Source of the DNA: Geosiphon pyriformis uo1
Lineage: Eukaryota; Fungi; Glomeromycota
DNA: 64,000 nucleotides
Direction: 5' to 3'
Assembly (NCBI GenBank): GCA_016748015.1
Contig: JAAOMT010000779.1
Location: 62,001 to 126,000 of the forward strand
Part shown: in pieces, positions 1-13,829 of the stretch
Layout: the number at the start of each line of letters is the position of its first letter
How positions within the stretch are numbered: position 1 is the first letter of the stretch
Made by a program: the position numbers and the translations under genes
The notes under the pieces: generated by a model
Seen by the model: only the letters and a program-made list of their open reading frames with translations
Databases searched by the model: none
What the model was told of the DNA's origin: nothing

Positions 1-648
1 CTGACCATGTTTTTACTTGTGTTCATGAGTCTGGCATTTGTGGTGAGATTTTGGCTAAGGCTGCTGTCCGTTGGTCAGCTTTGGCTGGCGGTTCCTCTGC
101 TTCTGCCATGTTGCGAGTTTTGTCTCAATGTTCCATTAATGTTGGGTTGTACACTCTGGTTTGCAAAAAGTTTGTGCTGGGGGAGTGGTATGAGGAAGCT
201 TGTAGTATTTTTAAGGATAGAAAAGTGGCAGCTACTCAGATTGTTGGTTATGTTAGGTTCATGGTTAAGTTACATCGTGCTAAAGTATGGTTGGCTAGAG
301 CCAGCCACCAGGTGGTGATAGAGAAGACTGGTCTGGTTTGTGATGGTGGTGTTGTTTCTGGGCTCTCTCATGATGTGTCTTTAGTTTTGTCTGATGGTGT
401 TGTAAGATTGCTTGGTATGGCCAATTCTTTTGCTGTTAGCTTTGATCATTGGAAGCCTTATTGTTTCTTTTCTGGTCTGAGTGGCAGTGTGCGGGTTATT
501 ATTGGTGTGTAGTGTTGCCTTGTCTGACCTGAGTGGCTAGCCACATGTAGAAAGTGCGTGAGTTGCATTTAGTTTGAGCCTCTTAGTTTGGCTCTATGTA
601 CTAGATAGCAATTGGGCTACACTCGTTAAATATGTTAATAAAAAAAAA
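1..648 (+). mobile_element. 3' end of non-LTR retrotransposon (LINE) copy: ORF2 C-terminus, ~130-nt 3' UTR, poly(A)
   Basis: ORF 51-512 (LVCKKFVLGEWY...FFSGLSGSVRVIIGV*) aligns by eye with the ORF2 end of the 42-49 kb LINE (ALCKGFVFDSWF...FFSGLGDSVSVYIAT*). It is followed by the family 3' UTR and an A-run ending ~648. Confidence 0.9.
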
Positions 649-2436
649 TATATTAATAACAGTCTGATTGTTCAGATACAAAACTACTATACAAAAAAAT
701 AAAACACATTCAAAAAACAAAACCACAGTCTGCAATTTTGCTATTATAAATAATAAAAAATTATACATCTTAAAATTAACTTCTATGTTTATTATTAAAA
801 AATACATAGTAGTTCTACAAACCACCTTAGCAAAACTCATATTTTTCAATAATTTATTTATGTACACTTTAATAACATCCAACCAAATCTTATGCAAATA
901 TTTATAAACATCAAAAAACTTACCAAATTTCAGAATGCTTAATTTGTTTACTTATTAATATAACTAAAACCAATCATTAAAAAATTATTATTATGTAAAA
1001 ACTTCAAAGCCAACTTAAACCAAAAAGGTATAGAGTCTTTAAAATCCAGTTTTTTTTTAATAATAAAATGTTTTTCAATTTATTATATTATCTTCTTTGT
1101 TCAAAAGCTTATTACTAAATACCATCTCAAATTTCTTTAAAAAGTAAACCAAATTATAGTACAAAAACTTTTCCAAAATATTTAACATTAAAAATTTTTC
1201 AGAACTGCAAAATGTATTAGATAAATTGTTATTCAAAAACAAACTATTAATTAAAAAAATCTTTACTATTCTGGCCAAAAAATTGTTAATAAGACTAATA
1301 TACAATTTAACAAAATATTATAATAGATTTAAAGGGATTTAACTTAGAACTTATAAATCCAAATATTTATAATTAAACAAACACCCAAAAATGTTTAAAA
1401 AATTGGCAAAAAACACCACCAATGCCAATTTTTTTTCAGTTTGTATTTGCTTAGCTTTAAACTTAAGACTTTTTCTAATTATAATATTTCATTTATAACA
1501 CATACTTAATAACACAAAGCTAAATTAAAACATATAGCTAACTATAAGTTGCAAGATAACTAATATTAAATAAGAGAACTGCTTATCTGTAATAGTCTTT
1601 TTAAGTACTATGTTGACAAAAAATTAGATATTAAAGTGGACTTTAGCCAAACTTAACTTAGACAATTTCTTAGTTGACAAAAAAATCTCCAAATATCTGT
1701 ATAATTCACTTTTTTTGACAATTAAAATTGGCATATTACTGATTTTCAGCAATATTGTCTTAATATTTTGATTAATAAAAATAGCCACTATTTTTTCATT
1801 ATTAATCAAGATATTATTGAATAAAAAAAATTCACTAATAATATCTAGTATACTATATAAAAGTTTAACTATTCTTAATTCAGATAGTATTATTAATAAA
1901 AACACCAGCTGCAAAAAAAAAAGTTTTTTTTTTCTTGGTTTCTATTTTGCTTGTCTTAGCCACAAACTTGATATTGTTCTAATACTTGTATAAATGCTCA
2001 TGTTTTTTAATCTTATATAAAAGAGAATCATAAAAAATTCTTTAAAAAAAAAGAGAAAACACTTTATTTTGATTCAATTTATCATGTATCTAATATTTAT
2101 CTGTAAGACCAAAATCAGTCATAATTCTGTTTATTTTGTCTTTATGAATACTGTTAAAGAAATCAATAAATTTTTTACATATTTTAATGTACCATAAGCT
2201 GGTTTTTAAATAAACTAATTAACAAAATCATAAGCTTTGTGCATATTTTGTAATACCAACCAAATTTTTTTGTTTTTCTTTAAAGTATTTTTAATTACTA
2301 AGTTGACAGCAAAAATAAAAGATTGCATTGAAGTATTCTTTAAAACTAAAAAATTATCTTTATAAAGAACATTAAAATTGCTGTATACAGATAAAATTTA
2401 ATCCAAAAAAATTTTTGAAAGAATTTTTTTGGCTGT

Positions 2437-3458
2437 TGTTATAAGTAATTATTTAGAAATATTAATACAAATAACAAATCCATAATTTGGTGCTCAATAG
2501 TTAATATGTATTGATAATATCTAAAGGTTTTTGTATCTAAAGATTTTAATATCTAAAGGTTTTAGGTTGGAGTTTTTTGTATAATAAACAGAAATTCAAT
2601 AGTGGTTTCCAGTAGTCTTCTAAAATATGAATTTTGTTAAATTTTTTTTTTTAGCATGGTAGCCAGTTTATTCTGACAGTTGTGTTTTTCTGGTAAACTA
2701 TTTATTAAGTTATAAATTCTATATCCTTATTTTTGAGTTTTTTACCAGACTATCCTTAATGTTAATTAATCAATGTTTAATCTCTTAAATCAGTTAGTAA
2801 ACAACAAACAAAATAAAATAAAATAAAATAAAATAAATAAAAAAAAAAATAAAAAAATAAATAAATTAGTATTCTGTCAATAGTCATGATTAAGAACTAT
2901 TGTTCTAGCATAATTAAATATTAAATTCTATCAACATAGAGTGTTAAATTCTATTAACATAGAGTATTAATAAAATGAAGATAATTTGATTTTCTTTAAT
3001 TAAGCAATGATAACATAGATTCAAGTGGTAATTAATAATTTATTTAATATATAATATGGATTTTGAACTGCTTTTAACTGTATTTCTTAACTGAGAATTT
3101 TAACTGTTTGTTCTAGCTGTAAATTCTGGTTTTTTTGCTTCTAATACTCTCACTATATATACATAATTGATGTTCTATAAGATTTTACACATTTATGTAT
3201 AATGTGCTATAATTTCTCAAGCAATGTGTTCTAATCTACTAATATTGTTCATATTGCTAAACAATATGCTATAATTTAATAATATTGCTTATATTACTAA
3301 ACAATATGTCATAATTCACTAATATTGCTCACATTGTTAAGCAATATGTCATAATTTACCAGCAATGTGCTTATATGCTTAATACTATTTTCTTATTGGT
3401 CTATTTTTCTTATCTGTTTTTTCTACTATTTCTCTTGTGCTTTTTTTTACGAGTAATA
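2437..3458. mobile_element. Solo LTR (family A) with 4-bp TSD CTGT
   Basis: Begins TGTTATAAG and ends GAGTAATA (mutated ..TAACA). CTGT flanks both sides (2433-2436, 3459-3462). Termini match the reverse complement of 9594-10533. Internal ~39-bp imperfect tandem repeats at 3215-3380. Confidence 0.85.
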
Positions 3459-6009
3459 CTGTTTTAATTGGAACAATTGGCTTAGTGTTTATAAAAATCT
3501 TATTTTAATCATAAAGTTTAGATATTATAAAAACCTATACTTTTTTTTACAAAGTTAGTACTATATTCAAAAACAGACATAAGTTTAAAAAAACCAAAAA
3601 ACACTTAATAATATTCTTATTATAATGTTTTTGCAACTTATTGAAATATTACTCAAATTAACAGTTTTTTCATTTAGTAAATTTTTTATTATTTAAACCA
3701 ATTTTTTAAAATTAATAATGTTTATAACATATAAAAAGACATTATTATTTACATAACTCAAAAGAGCATACTAATTAACTTAAAGTCTTAATAGTGATTT
3801 TAAAACCATACACTTTCTGGTCCAATTTTCTATAATAGCATTAATATTAGATTTAACTTTATTAGGTTTCAAGACCAATTTTTTATCAATTATTAAATAA
3901 TTTAATACTATTTTACAGAAAAACTTTTCTAATATATTCTTAATTATATAGTTTTTATCCAAACAAAAATTTTCCATTCTTTTTTTAATTACACACTTAA
4001 TAACAGTTGTTTCAGCAGTTTTGGATTCATATATTTTGAATTTGTAATAACTTTTTCTAATTCTATATAAATAGCTAAAAATATCTATTAATTTGGCATT
4101 ACTTTAAATTATAATTTGTACTTCAGAAGCCTTTTCTTTATCAAAGACCAATTAAATATAAAGCAGAAAGTTGGTTTTAAATATATTATTAGACCTAAGA
4201 GATTTTACTATTTTGGTTACTAGCAATTTTAATTTAAAAAATCTTGATAATTGTTTGTTAAAAGAGTATTTGGCTTTATTATATTAATATTTAGAAAATA
4301 TCTTGTTAGCTGATTCTACTATTATATTTTTTAAATGTTTTTATATTATATTCATATTATTTTTCTTATTTGTTCCATCAAACTTATTTATTATCAAAGA
4401 AAGCTTAGTTAAAAAAGATTATAAAAATTATTTTACTTAATACTATTAGCATTTTCAATCTTAAATTTTTAATAATTTTTATTTATTTGCTTGTAAATAA
4501 TATTTAAACAAGCATTTAACAAATTTTTCAGTCTAATTAAAATTATAATTACTTTGTGATTAGTATTAAAAAAGTCAGATATAATGCTAACTTTATGATT
4601 TATAACTACAAATAACAAATTTTCACTAATAAAAATATAATTAATAACTTTTTCAACTTCTCTAAAATTATTTTAAGTAAAAATTTTAACCAAAAAATGT
4701 TTATTAAGTAAATTAATTAGACTTATATTTAAGCATTTCTTGAAACTTGCACTTTTTTTAAAACTATTTTTATTAAAATTATTATTTAAAATTATAAAAA
4801 AACTAGAATTAGCTGCTTTAGAGATAACAGAGTTGATATTAGAAGCTTAATTAAACCATATATCAGCAGATATACCAGTATACAGACCCAAAATTATGAT
4901 TAATAATTTGCCTTTAAACAACAAACAAACAAAAATAATTCTACTATGAACTTTTTTTATTTTTAATACATTTTAAGCCAATAAAATATTCATAATAATG
5001 GCCACACTAGTGCCAAAAAAACCTTAATCCATACTTGATATAAAAATCCAAACACTATTAAACTTATTTTTAATTTATGGCTTAATATTAGATTTTAACT
5101 TAATTTTAGTAACAATAAAAATCATATTGTCAGATTTTTTATATTAACAAACAATATTATTTTGCTTAATCTGATTGTTCATATCTTTAATATTGTATAT
5201 AACAATCTTTTAGAACAAATTATTTATTTGAATGCAGAAGACATTAAAGAATTTGAATTAGCATATAATTAATTTAATTTTGTTAGAACAGATACTATTG
5301 ACATTTTAAAAGTAATCAACTTTGATTTTAAATTATCTATCTTAGTAATTAAGACCTTAAAATTAGTTATGCTTAAACCTATTATTTTTTTTATATTTAC
5401 CAAAAAAAAAGCAATACTAGTGGATTATATAAAACCATATTGGAATTCAAATTTAGACTTAAAACTAACAAATCAACCAACACAGAAAATGTAAAAACAG
5501 AAATAGAAGATATTAAATTCAAATTACTTAACTTATATATAATATTTAATACTTAATTAGTTAATAGCTTCAAAAAATATTCTAAAAAAGCCAACTAATT
5601 ACCAATTGCAAATATGTTTTAAAAATTAAAGACTACTTTGTCAAAATGTAGAACTCTAAAGAGAGAAAGCTCAGAAACAAAAACAGAATAAATGCTAATA
5701 AAAACAGTCATTAAAAATACTATTTATGTTTAAGACTTACTACCAAAAGCAGTAAATTAGAAAATAAGCACATTTTTTTATATAGGTAGACAAACTAAAA
5801 ATAATTCTGATTTAAAACAAACTTTTTATAAATCTTTTTTAAAACCAGAGCAAAAGAACTTAAAGAATCACACTTAAAAAAAGAATATTTAAAGTGCTTA
5901 TACTTTTTATAATAAACCAGATTTAATCTAATTCAAAAAAGTTTCATATTACCAAATATTGGCTTTGTATAAAAAACAGTTTTTAGATTTTTATTTAATT
6001 CAAAACCAA

Positions 6010-7423
6010 TGTTACCAGAAGATTTTCACACTTTTCAATGCAAAAATTACAACACATACAATAGAAATTAACATCAAAATCATGCGAAAAAAGCCTATAT
6101 TATCACACTTAACCAACAAAATCAGCTGGCAATCTGGAAATAAATGATCAGCAATTAATCTAATTACAACAAAAAAATATGGCACAATCCCACAGTTTAA
6201 TTAAGTTAGATATAAAAAAAATCTTGGCAAACTAAGAAACACCAATGAAAATAAATGATTGATGCATGTAATCAGATAACAACAGGTTTTGTTATGCTCC
6301 AAAATTCTCATATGCCCTTATTAGAACAATCTAACATTCCAGATCTGTGATTAATGGTTAAAAGTAGTTACCAAAAAATGTAATCAATTGATCTACTTCT
6401 GATTATGTTGATCATAATCATAATTGGTATTATTGATTGACAATTAATGTTTTAGATTCAGCCATCTAAATCTGATCATCTAAAAATCACTAGCTCTGAG
6501 AAAATAACATGCCGAGTAAGCTTATCATAAATTGATTAATTAAATGTATATAAATAATTGATGTATTTTAAATAGTTCTAATATAGTATGTAGATCTGAT
6601 GTAATTTAGCTATATATACAGCCCCTCTGTCAGCTCAGGAAAGCATCAGTTCAATACTGAGCCAACTCTTTGCTATAGTTTTATAGTGAGCAGTTAGTCC
6701 TTTCCTCTACTCTTTACATTCTCTCTTCACTTTCTATGCTCTAAATACTTGTCATCACAATCTCAAGTATGTCTTCCCATATTCCTTATCACCATTTGGA
6801 ATCACATTGTTTATAATCTTTAACTTACTTGTTATCACCATTTCAAATTGTTCTATTACTTCTGATCTTTCAAATCATGTGTTATCACTATTTCACATTA
6901 AGTCTTGTTTCACCGAACAAGTTGTTAAATATAAAAATAAATAATAAAGTATCACATTGTTAGAGAGTGGTCTCAACAATAAAAAGTTAAATCTATTTCA
7001 GTTATGTTTTACTTTTACAATCTTTTTATAATTCTTATAACTTCGTTTTCAAAGCAGGCATTTGAACACCACACCCTTTCGACGACTAATTAAAAGAATT
7101 CTGGTTATGTATTTCTTTGAGTATTTGGTTTCACTTCTTGTTGCTGGTTGCGCTTCTGATACATATAAAGAGATGTGATTTCTCTTTTCCCTTTAAAATA
7201 CCTAAAACTGGTTCTTGCCCAAAAACAAATAATAATGACAATACTTTCTTTCACTTTTAATGACCTTATTACATACCCCTTTCTGCTTTCCCATTTACTG
7301 AAATAGTCCATACACCCATGATATGCTATAGTCAGTAGCATAATCATGGTAATGTGTGTGTTCCAGGTGAAAGCTATTGTCATTGCTAAAAAGTTACAAA
7401 TCCATAGCTTTCATCCAATAACA
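6010..7423. mobile_element. LTR-type insertion (solo or composite LTR) with 4-bp TSD CCAA
   Basis: TGTTACCAGA...CCAATAACA termini. CCAA at 6006-6009 and 7424-7427. The LINE ORF1 remnant rejoins across it. It may contain a second nested LTR-like segment (~6290-6978). Confidence 0.75.
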
Positions 7424-9593
7424 CCAACTATAGCATAATGAATCTTATTGTCTATTTTAATTAACCAATTAATAATACAAGTTTTTCTATTAGTCTCTTC
7501 TAACAAAGTATTTAGATTATAAACTGTTGTTTTTATAAACAAGATAAATAAAAGTGCTCTAAAACAATTTTTAGATATTTAAATATTGTAATTTCTTATA
7601 GTTTTTGTTATATATACTAAATTTTTTTTAATTAAAAATAATTATTTAGCTGTTAACTAATCTGCTTAACTTAATTCAGCAAATTTTACTATAGTCTTTT
7701 ATTACAGCCCAATTAATTACAATTAAATTAACATAATTTGACCAAACTCAAATACTGTAGTAATAATTATTTCTTTAAACATATTCAAAAGAATTTTTTT
7801 AATTACCTCAGTTCAATCTGAATGCCTTTTTTGTTTTTTAAAATTGCTGTTTACAATAATATCTTTTTTTTAACCAATAAAACAGTATTATTCATACTTT
7901 TTTTTAATATAAATATTAATTTAATGTTTTTTTTAAATTTTAAAAAAGTAATTGATTATTAAAAAAAGATTTTTAATAGTCTGAGTTTTTGTTATAGCAA
8001 ATTTATTTTCAACTATTAACAAATTAATATTTAGAACAAAGAATTTTTTGATAAACATCTTAATCTGGGTTTTAATAATTTTGGAATTAATTTATTTTTT
8101 ATTTAGAAAGATGTTAAGAGGAGAAAGAAAAAATTTTTTATCTTTATTTATATTATAATTAATTGTATCAATAGAAAAATTATATTCTAAACTAATATTT
8201 ATTTATTTTGTCTTAAGAATTGTTATTGCTAAGTCAAAAAAAGAATTATTACTAATATTTATTGTCTTTATTATTATTAAACTTATTGTCTATATTCGAA
8301 TATATACTTTTTTTAGCACTAAGTTTAACCAAAAAAATATTATTATTATTATTTAAATGCTTAATATTACTAACAAAAACATTTTTTTTGAAAGAAAAAA
8401 CTTTCAACAGATTTATATAAAGCTTTTTTAAATGTTTTTTTTTTAGACATATTGCTACTTAAAGCAATTATCAGATTTACTACAAAAAGATTATTTATTT
8501 AAAAACCATTAAAAGTAATAATACAAGAGAGAAACAAAAATAAAAACTTTTTTTTTGAAAACTGCTTTTTAAAAAATTTTAGATATAAAAAAAAAAGAAG
8601 TTTTTTTTGCTTAATAGCTTTAACAAAATATTTTTTCAATTTCTATATAAATTTTAATTATTTTAAAATAAAAGTAAATTATTATTTTTTTTTTATTAGT
8701 TTAACAAGTACAGTTTAACCACTATCTAATATACAGAAACAAAGCAAAATGAATCAAACTAAACATAACTCATGCACTTTTTACATGTGATTAACCATTT
8801 GGGCCAATCAAGGCAGCACTACACACTTACAGAAACTCTATTACTATTATCCAAACCTGAAAAAAACAAATACTATCTTCTAAAACCAAAACTAACAGCA
8901 AAAGACTCAATTATACCAAGTATGCGAACTATACCTTCAGATAGTAGATTAGACAAACCATATAGAGAAGCAAAGACTTCACCTGTGTTACAAACCAAAC
9001 CACTTTTTTTTATGTTAACCTGAAATTTAGATCTCAATAATCACACTCTACTATGATAACTCTCAGCTAAATGGCAAACAAAATTGATAACAATTGGAAT
9101 GGCACTCTTTTTATCTCCAAAAACAGAAACAGCTTCCCTAATCTAATCTACAAAAACAAAACCTTTGCACAACATGATGTACACACTGCCATTCAAGGCT
9201 TCTGTAAGAGTAAGAAGCACTGAAAATGAAACCAAGAGATGATTGCTCACCAAGGACTTTTATAAGTCAATATGGCCAGAGATAATCTCAAAATGCACCA
9301 CCAAATCAGTAGAGCACATAAAAACATGTTCAGAGAATTCAACATTACCACACATTAGGCACAAAACACTCAGGTAGCATCTGTTATAGAATTTCTTTCA
9401 GACAGCCACTGGCAATCTCCTATGTACAGTCTTTATTAGATATATATGTAATGCAGCCAACTTCTTACTAATAAACCCTGCCAACATATAAGAATCAGGA
9501 TGCCAAATAGAGGCAGTGCATTCCCAGTCAACACGCTGGATGTCTGAACTGTTTAAAACATTAGCTTTAGGCCCAGTCTTCCATAAAGTCTGG

Positions 9594-10533
9594 TGTTACT
9601 TATAAAATATAGGAATTAAATATTAGTACATAAATTAGCCAATTAAAATAAACATAATAAAAAGTGGAATTCTAAGATTTCTTTTAGAGAAATTGCAGGA
9701 TTCTAAGAATTTCAGGATTCTCATATAAGGAATTGCAGGATTCCAGAATTCCTCTCAAAGAAATTGCAAGATTCCAAGAATTTCAGAATTTTTGGCTAAA
9801 GAATTAAGAAATTCAAGGAATTTTATACAATAAAATTTATATATATATAGCAGTAGTATCAAAAGCTAGAAAATTAGGCAGAGAAACTTCCAGAGTCAGT
9901 AAGACTCTCAAAGTCAATTAGACTCGCAAGTTATAATTATTAGAATTCTTTAGTTAGAGACTTCTCAGTTTAGATTTAATCTAAGCAATCTTCCACTTCA
10001 CAAATATTAATAAATAATTATTCCATATCTTCAATCTACTCTCCACTATTAATACTTCATGTTGATAACAATTGATACTTAACCATACTGGAACAATAGC
10101 TCTTGATCACAGCTATTGATAAGATACTAACTTATAAATGCCTTGGCTTAATTTTTTTTATCTTCTCTTTATTTTTTTTATTTTTTTTTCTTTGTTTTGT
10201 TGTGTTTACTAATTAATTAAGGATTAAGCATTGAATTATTGACATCAAGAATTGCCTAGTAAAAAATCTTTGTAAGTAGATAGAACATGTAAAAAATTAT
10301 GGATTACTTACCAGAGGATTGCTGGTCATCAAATTGAAGAAAGAAATTGACAAAATTGCAATTCTGGAAAGCTACAAATAACAATTATTAAATCTTTGTC
10401 CATTATACAAAGAACTCTAACTCAAAACTTTCAGATCACCCAAAACTATCAGAAACTATTATCAAAAAATCAACTGAACACCAAGTTATGGGTTTGTTAT
10501 TTGACTTGAGACCCTAAATAATCACTTATAACA
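9594..10533. mobile_element. Solo LTR (family A)
   Basis: TGTTAC...TATAACA termini. Flanks CTGG and CCAA are both derivable from CCGG by transitions. Internal GAATT-rich tandem repeats at 9665-9825. Termini homologous to 2437-3458. Confidence 0.8.
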
Positions 10534-10583
10534 CCAATTTACAGCATAATATATGTCACAAACAAAATGATAAGCATTACCAG

Positions 10584-11568
10584 TGTTACCAGAGGTTTTT
10601 GGTTTCTTTTCTTTAATGTTATTGATGTCTGTTTGCTGTGAATTCACGTTTTCTGGATGTGGTTGAACCTCCAGTAACTGAATTTATCTTCAAATTATCT
10701 CCTATAATTTGAACTGCTGGGCTTATAAGTAGAATGGCCAATTCCATGCCAGTTACTTTGTATAGTTACATTGTAGTAAACATTAACTCTTTCCCAAGAA
10801 TTGCTCATTTGGAAGCTCACTAAAAATGTGTAGTTACTTTGCTGTGAAAGTCAACTCTTCTACAGAAATTCTCATCTGTAGGCTACCCAAATAATTTATA
10901 ATAAGAAAAGAAAGAAAATAAAAGAAATATAAAAGAAAAAGTAAGACTGATAATTTATGGAAGTTGTTTTGGATCCAGGCTTAGAAGTGCTTTAACAGTC
11001 TACTGAAATTGGTAGCTAATCAATTTCAACTGTTAGTAAAGTTTGGTTAATTTCAAGGGAAATAATTAAGGATTTGATTTTTCGAATTATTTGATATTTA
11101 TTTTGTTTTTGTATATAAAGGATGATTTTAATTATTAAATCTGAAGTAAGATACATTTTCTCGAAGAGAGAAGCTTTTCTTTTATACAACTTGTTATAAC
11201 ACTATTCTATGAACTTGAACTTTGTTATTTTCTATAATTTTGCTGAACTAAAGATACATTTTGGTGAACTACAAGTTATTTCTGTGAACTATTAGATATT
11301 TCGGCAAACTATCAATTATTTCAGCAAATTTTTTACAAATTTCGGTGAACTTTTTGAATGTTACATAGTTCAGGGTATTGCATGATTGATCATTACAATT
11401 AGGTTATATTTGTGTTATGTACAAATTGGGTTATTAATTAAATGATAATTTCGAATATTTTGCTAATATAATAAGTAATAATTTGAAACAATAATATATG
11501 TTAATTAATGATAAGATTTATAAGGGTAATTTTATGCTAAACAATATCTCTAATTTCGTCTAGTAATA
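10584..11568 (-). repeat. 3' LTR of Gypsy element
   Basis: Direct repeat of 19473-20424, ~95% identical by eye, with an extra 33 bp. Confidence 0.95.
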
Positions 11569-12256
11569 TAATCTCCTCCTCAAGACTGAGCTTTGTTAAA
11601 GTCCAAATACTGTCTGTAATTTTCAGATAATAATCCAAAATTATTGAAGAAATTTGGTCTGAAAATTGTTGAAATTTCAGTTCTGTAAGCTTTCCAATGT
11701 ATTGAATCTTCAAAGGCTGTAAAATTGGGTTTTGTAGGATGTTTTTACAAGTGTGGAATAGGTCATAAAGTCTAAGAGCAGCTCTTAGTTTATAATGACT
11801 GTTTGTAGACCCAGCTGTTGTCTTGAATTTATTGTGAAGTTGTTTCTGAATAGCTTCTTTTGCAAGATTTGCTGCTGTAAGCTCTAGTTTTTGCTCATGA
11901 AGTGTTTTTCCAATATAAAAATATCTATATATTGGGGGGTATTTGCCATTTTCTTCATTAAGACACAGTTGAAGTTTTTGTTGAATAGTAGCATTTGGTA
12001 GAATACTAATAGAGATGAACAATAAGTTTTCTCTTAAAACAAGCTTCAAAAGTTCTGGTAAATGAATTCCAGAATAACTTCTTGTGTTCTTCTTATACGG
12101 GTGATATTTTTGTGCATTTGGGGCTAAATTTGTAACTACTTCTGTTTGGATATAATTAATGTGGTTTCCAGTAACAGTAATGGATAATTTGAGTATTGTT
12201 TTTAAAGCTAACATTAGTTTTTGGGATAATTGTTGAATGTTTTGAGAAATAGACAT
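11537..12256 (-). CDS. Extra ORF (ORF3) of Gypsy element, 239 aa, unknown function
   Basis: Uninterrupted ATG-initiated ORF between integrase and 3' LTR. It overlaps the PPT and stops inside the LTR. Confidence 0.7.
   Translation of the reverse strand: MSISQNIQQLSQKLMLALKTILKLSITVTGNHINYIQTEVVTNLAPNAQKYHPYKKNTRSYSGIHLPELLKLVLRENLLFISISILPNATIQQKLQLCLNEENGKYPPIYRYFYIGKTLHEQKLELTAANLAKEAIQKQLHNKFKTTAGSTNSHYKLRAALRLYDLFHTCKNILQNPILQPLKIQYIGKLTELKFQQFSDQISSIILDYYLKITDSIWTLTKLSLEEEIILLDEIRDIV
11571..11582 (-). other. Polypurine tract (PPT)
   Basis: Minus strand GAGGAGGAGAT immediately 5' of the 3' LTR. Confidence 0.75.
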
Positions 12257-12378
12257 TATAAAAAATTTGAAAATAAAAGAAAATTATTTTTGGTGTATGG
12301 GTTTTTATGTTATTTTTGTTTTGTTTTTGTGAGATTGTTTCTAAATTATAATGATATAACTATAATAATAAATTTAAA

Positions 12379-13764
12379 TTAAGTGTTCAAGTTGGAAGGT
12401 TGTTCAATGACAACTATTGGTTCTAAATTTTGGGGAATGTCTTTGAGCTTGATTAAAGGAGAATGTGTATCAATTTGTGGAATTAATAGTTCAGGATTGT
12501 TTCTGGAATTATAGTGTTTCAAATGATCTCCATGTGCAACTTTTGCTAGGATTTTGTCATCAAGTCTTAGTTTGTATGATCCGTTGCCTAAAACTTTATG
12601 AATAAAAAATGATTCATCCCATTTATTCTCGAATTTTCTACTCCATTGTTTTTCAGCTTTAGTTCTGTATAAGAGAACATTGTTTCCAATTTTAAATTCA
12701 TTGGTGACTGGAGACAATTTGTCATTATGCCGTTCTTTTTGTTAAGCTTGGGAGTATTCAATATGGGTGGCTGCTATTTGTCGTTTTTCTTCCAATGTGC
12801 TAAGCAGAGTGTAGACTCTTCACTGAAGCATTTCCTGGAAATTGTTTTCATTGATTGGTTGTGCTGGGTATGTTTCTACTGTGAAACTAATTGGTAACGT
12901 TGCTGTCCTTCCATAAGTTAAATCAAATGGTGTGTGTTTTGTGGTATCTTGTTTTAGTGTTCTATATGCTAGTAACACTGATGGAATAAAGAGATCCCAT
13001 TCTTGCTTAAAATTGGTTGAAACTTTGGCTAATGATTCACACAATGTTCTGTTGAAACATTCTACAAGTCCATTGGTTTGTGGATGGTAGGGCGAAGATA
13101 ATGGTCTCTTGACATTAAATCATCCACAAATTTCCTGGATTAAATTGTTTATGAAATGTGTTCCTTGATCAGATAAAAGTTCTATTGGGCATCCATGTCT
13201 ACAAATGATGTCTTCGTAGATGAAGTTTGCTACTGATTTTACATCTGTTCATTGAATGGCTCTGGCTTCAAGCCATTTGGTGAGATAGTTTACAGCTACT
13301 GCAATATAATGGTTTTCTTGGTTTGTAATAGGTAGTGGTCCGACTAAATCGATACCAACTCTGTCAAAAGACTGTCCAACTTTAATTGGGTTTAATAGTT
13401 CAGTAGGGCATGTTTCTCTTCTTCTTTGACAACTATCACAAGATTTGACATATTCATGAATATCTTTTCTCATTCGAGGCCAAAAGTAGTATTTTAGTGT
13501 TCCTTGAGTGGTGCTGTCTTTTCCGAAGTGTGCTGATGAAGAATTTGAGTGTATGTTGTATAATATAGTCTCTTTTTTCTGTTCTTGTATTAATCTGAGT
13601 GGTTTGTCTGGGTTTTTGAAATTTTGGTAATAAATAATGTTGTTGTGTAGAAAATATTGTTTGGCTTGTTGTTGTAGTCGATGTTTTTCATCTGGAGACC
13701 AATCTGTTGGGATTGTTAATGTTTCCAAATATTGTTTGAGATTGTTGTAGTTTTCTAAATTCAT
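12379..13764 (-). pseudogene. Integrase (HHCC zinc finger, DDE core, C-terminal domain)
   Basis: H..AHFG...YFWP...CDSCQ, VGIDLVGPLP, LLSDQGTHF, YHPQTNGLVE. In-frame stops present. Confidence 0.92.
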
Positions 13765-13829
13765 TGTTTGTTGGCTGTTTTGATTGGTTAAGTTAAGTGT
13801 TGGTTTTTTTTTCTAATCTTGTCTCATTC

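Larger units (their letters stand above)
655..8600 (-). mobile_element. Heavily degenerate (AT-mutated) LINE copy, ORF1+ORF2 remnants, interrupted by two LTR-type insertions
   Basis: Minus-strand remnants are readable across the insertions. PIVPIKTA|KKILSKI spans 3458/2437 and matches RT-region PIALIETACKILSKI. ORF1-like segments lie at 5200-6009 and 7424-8300. Ends are approximate. Confidence 0.7.

Noticed and set aside
6290-6978. Possible separate nested solo LTR
   Set aside because: TG..CA-type ends and a TATA-like box are present, but no matching TSD was found. Kept only as part of 6010-7423.
7105-7383. 92-aa minus-strand ORF
   Set aside because: Lies within the TSD-bounded LTR insertion and has no recognisable motif.
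601-9023. Short I/K/N/L/F-rich ORFs in the ORF track
   Set aside because: Chance ORFs in AT-eroded LINE remnants, or antisense shadows; no credible products.
11537-12256. env gene call for ORF3
   Set aside because: No signal peptide, furin site or transmembrane helix visible.
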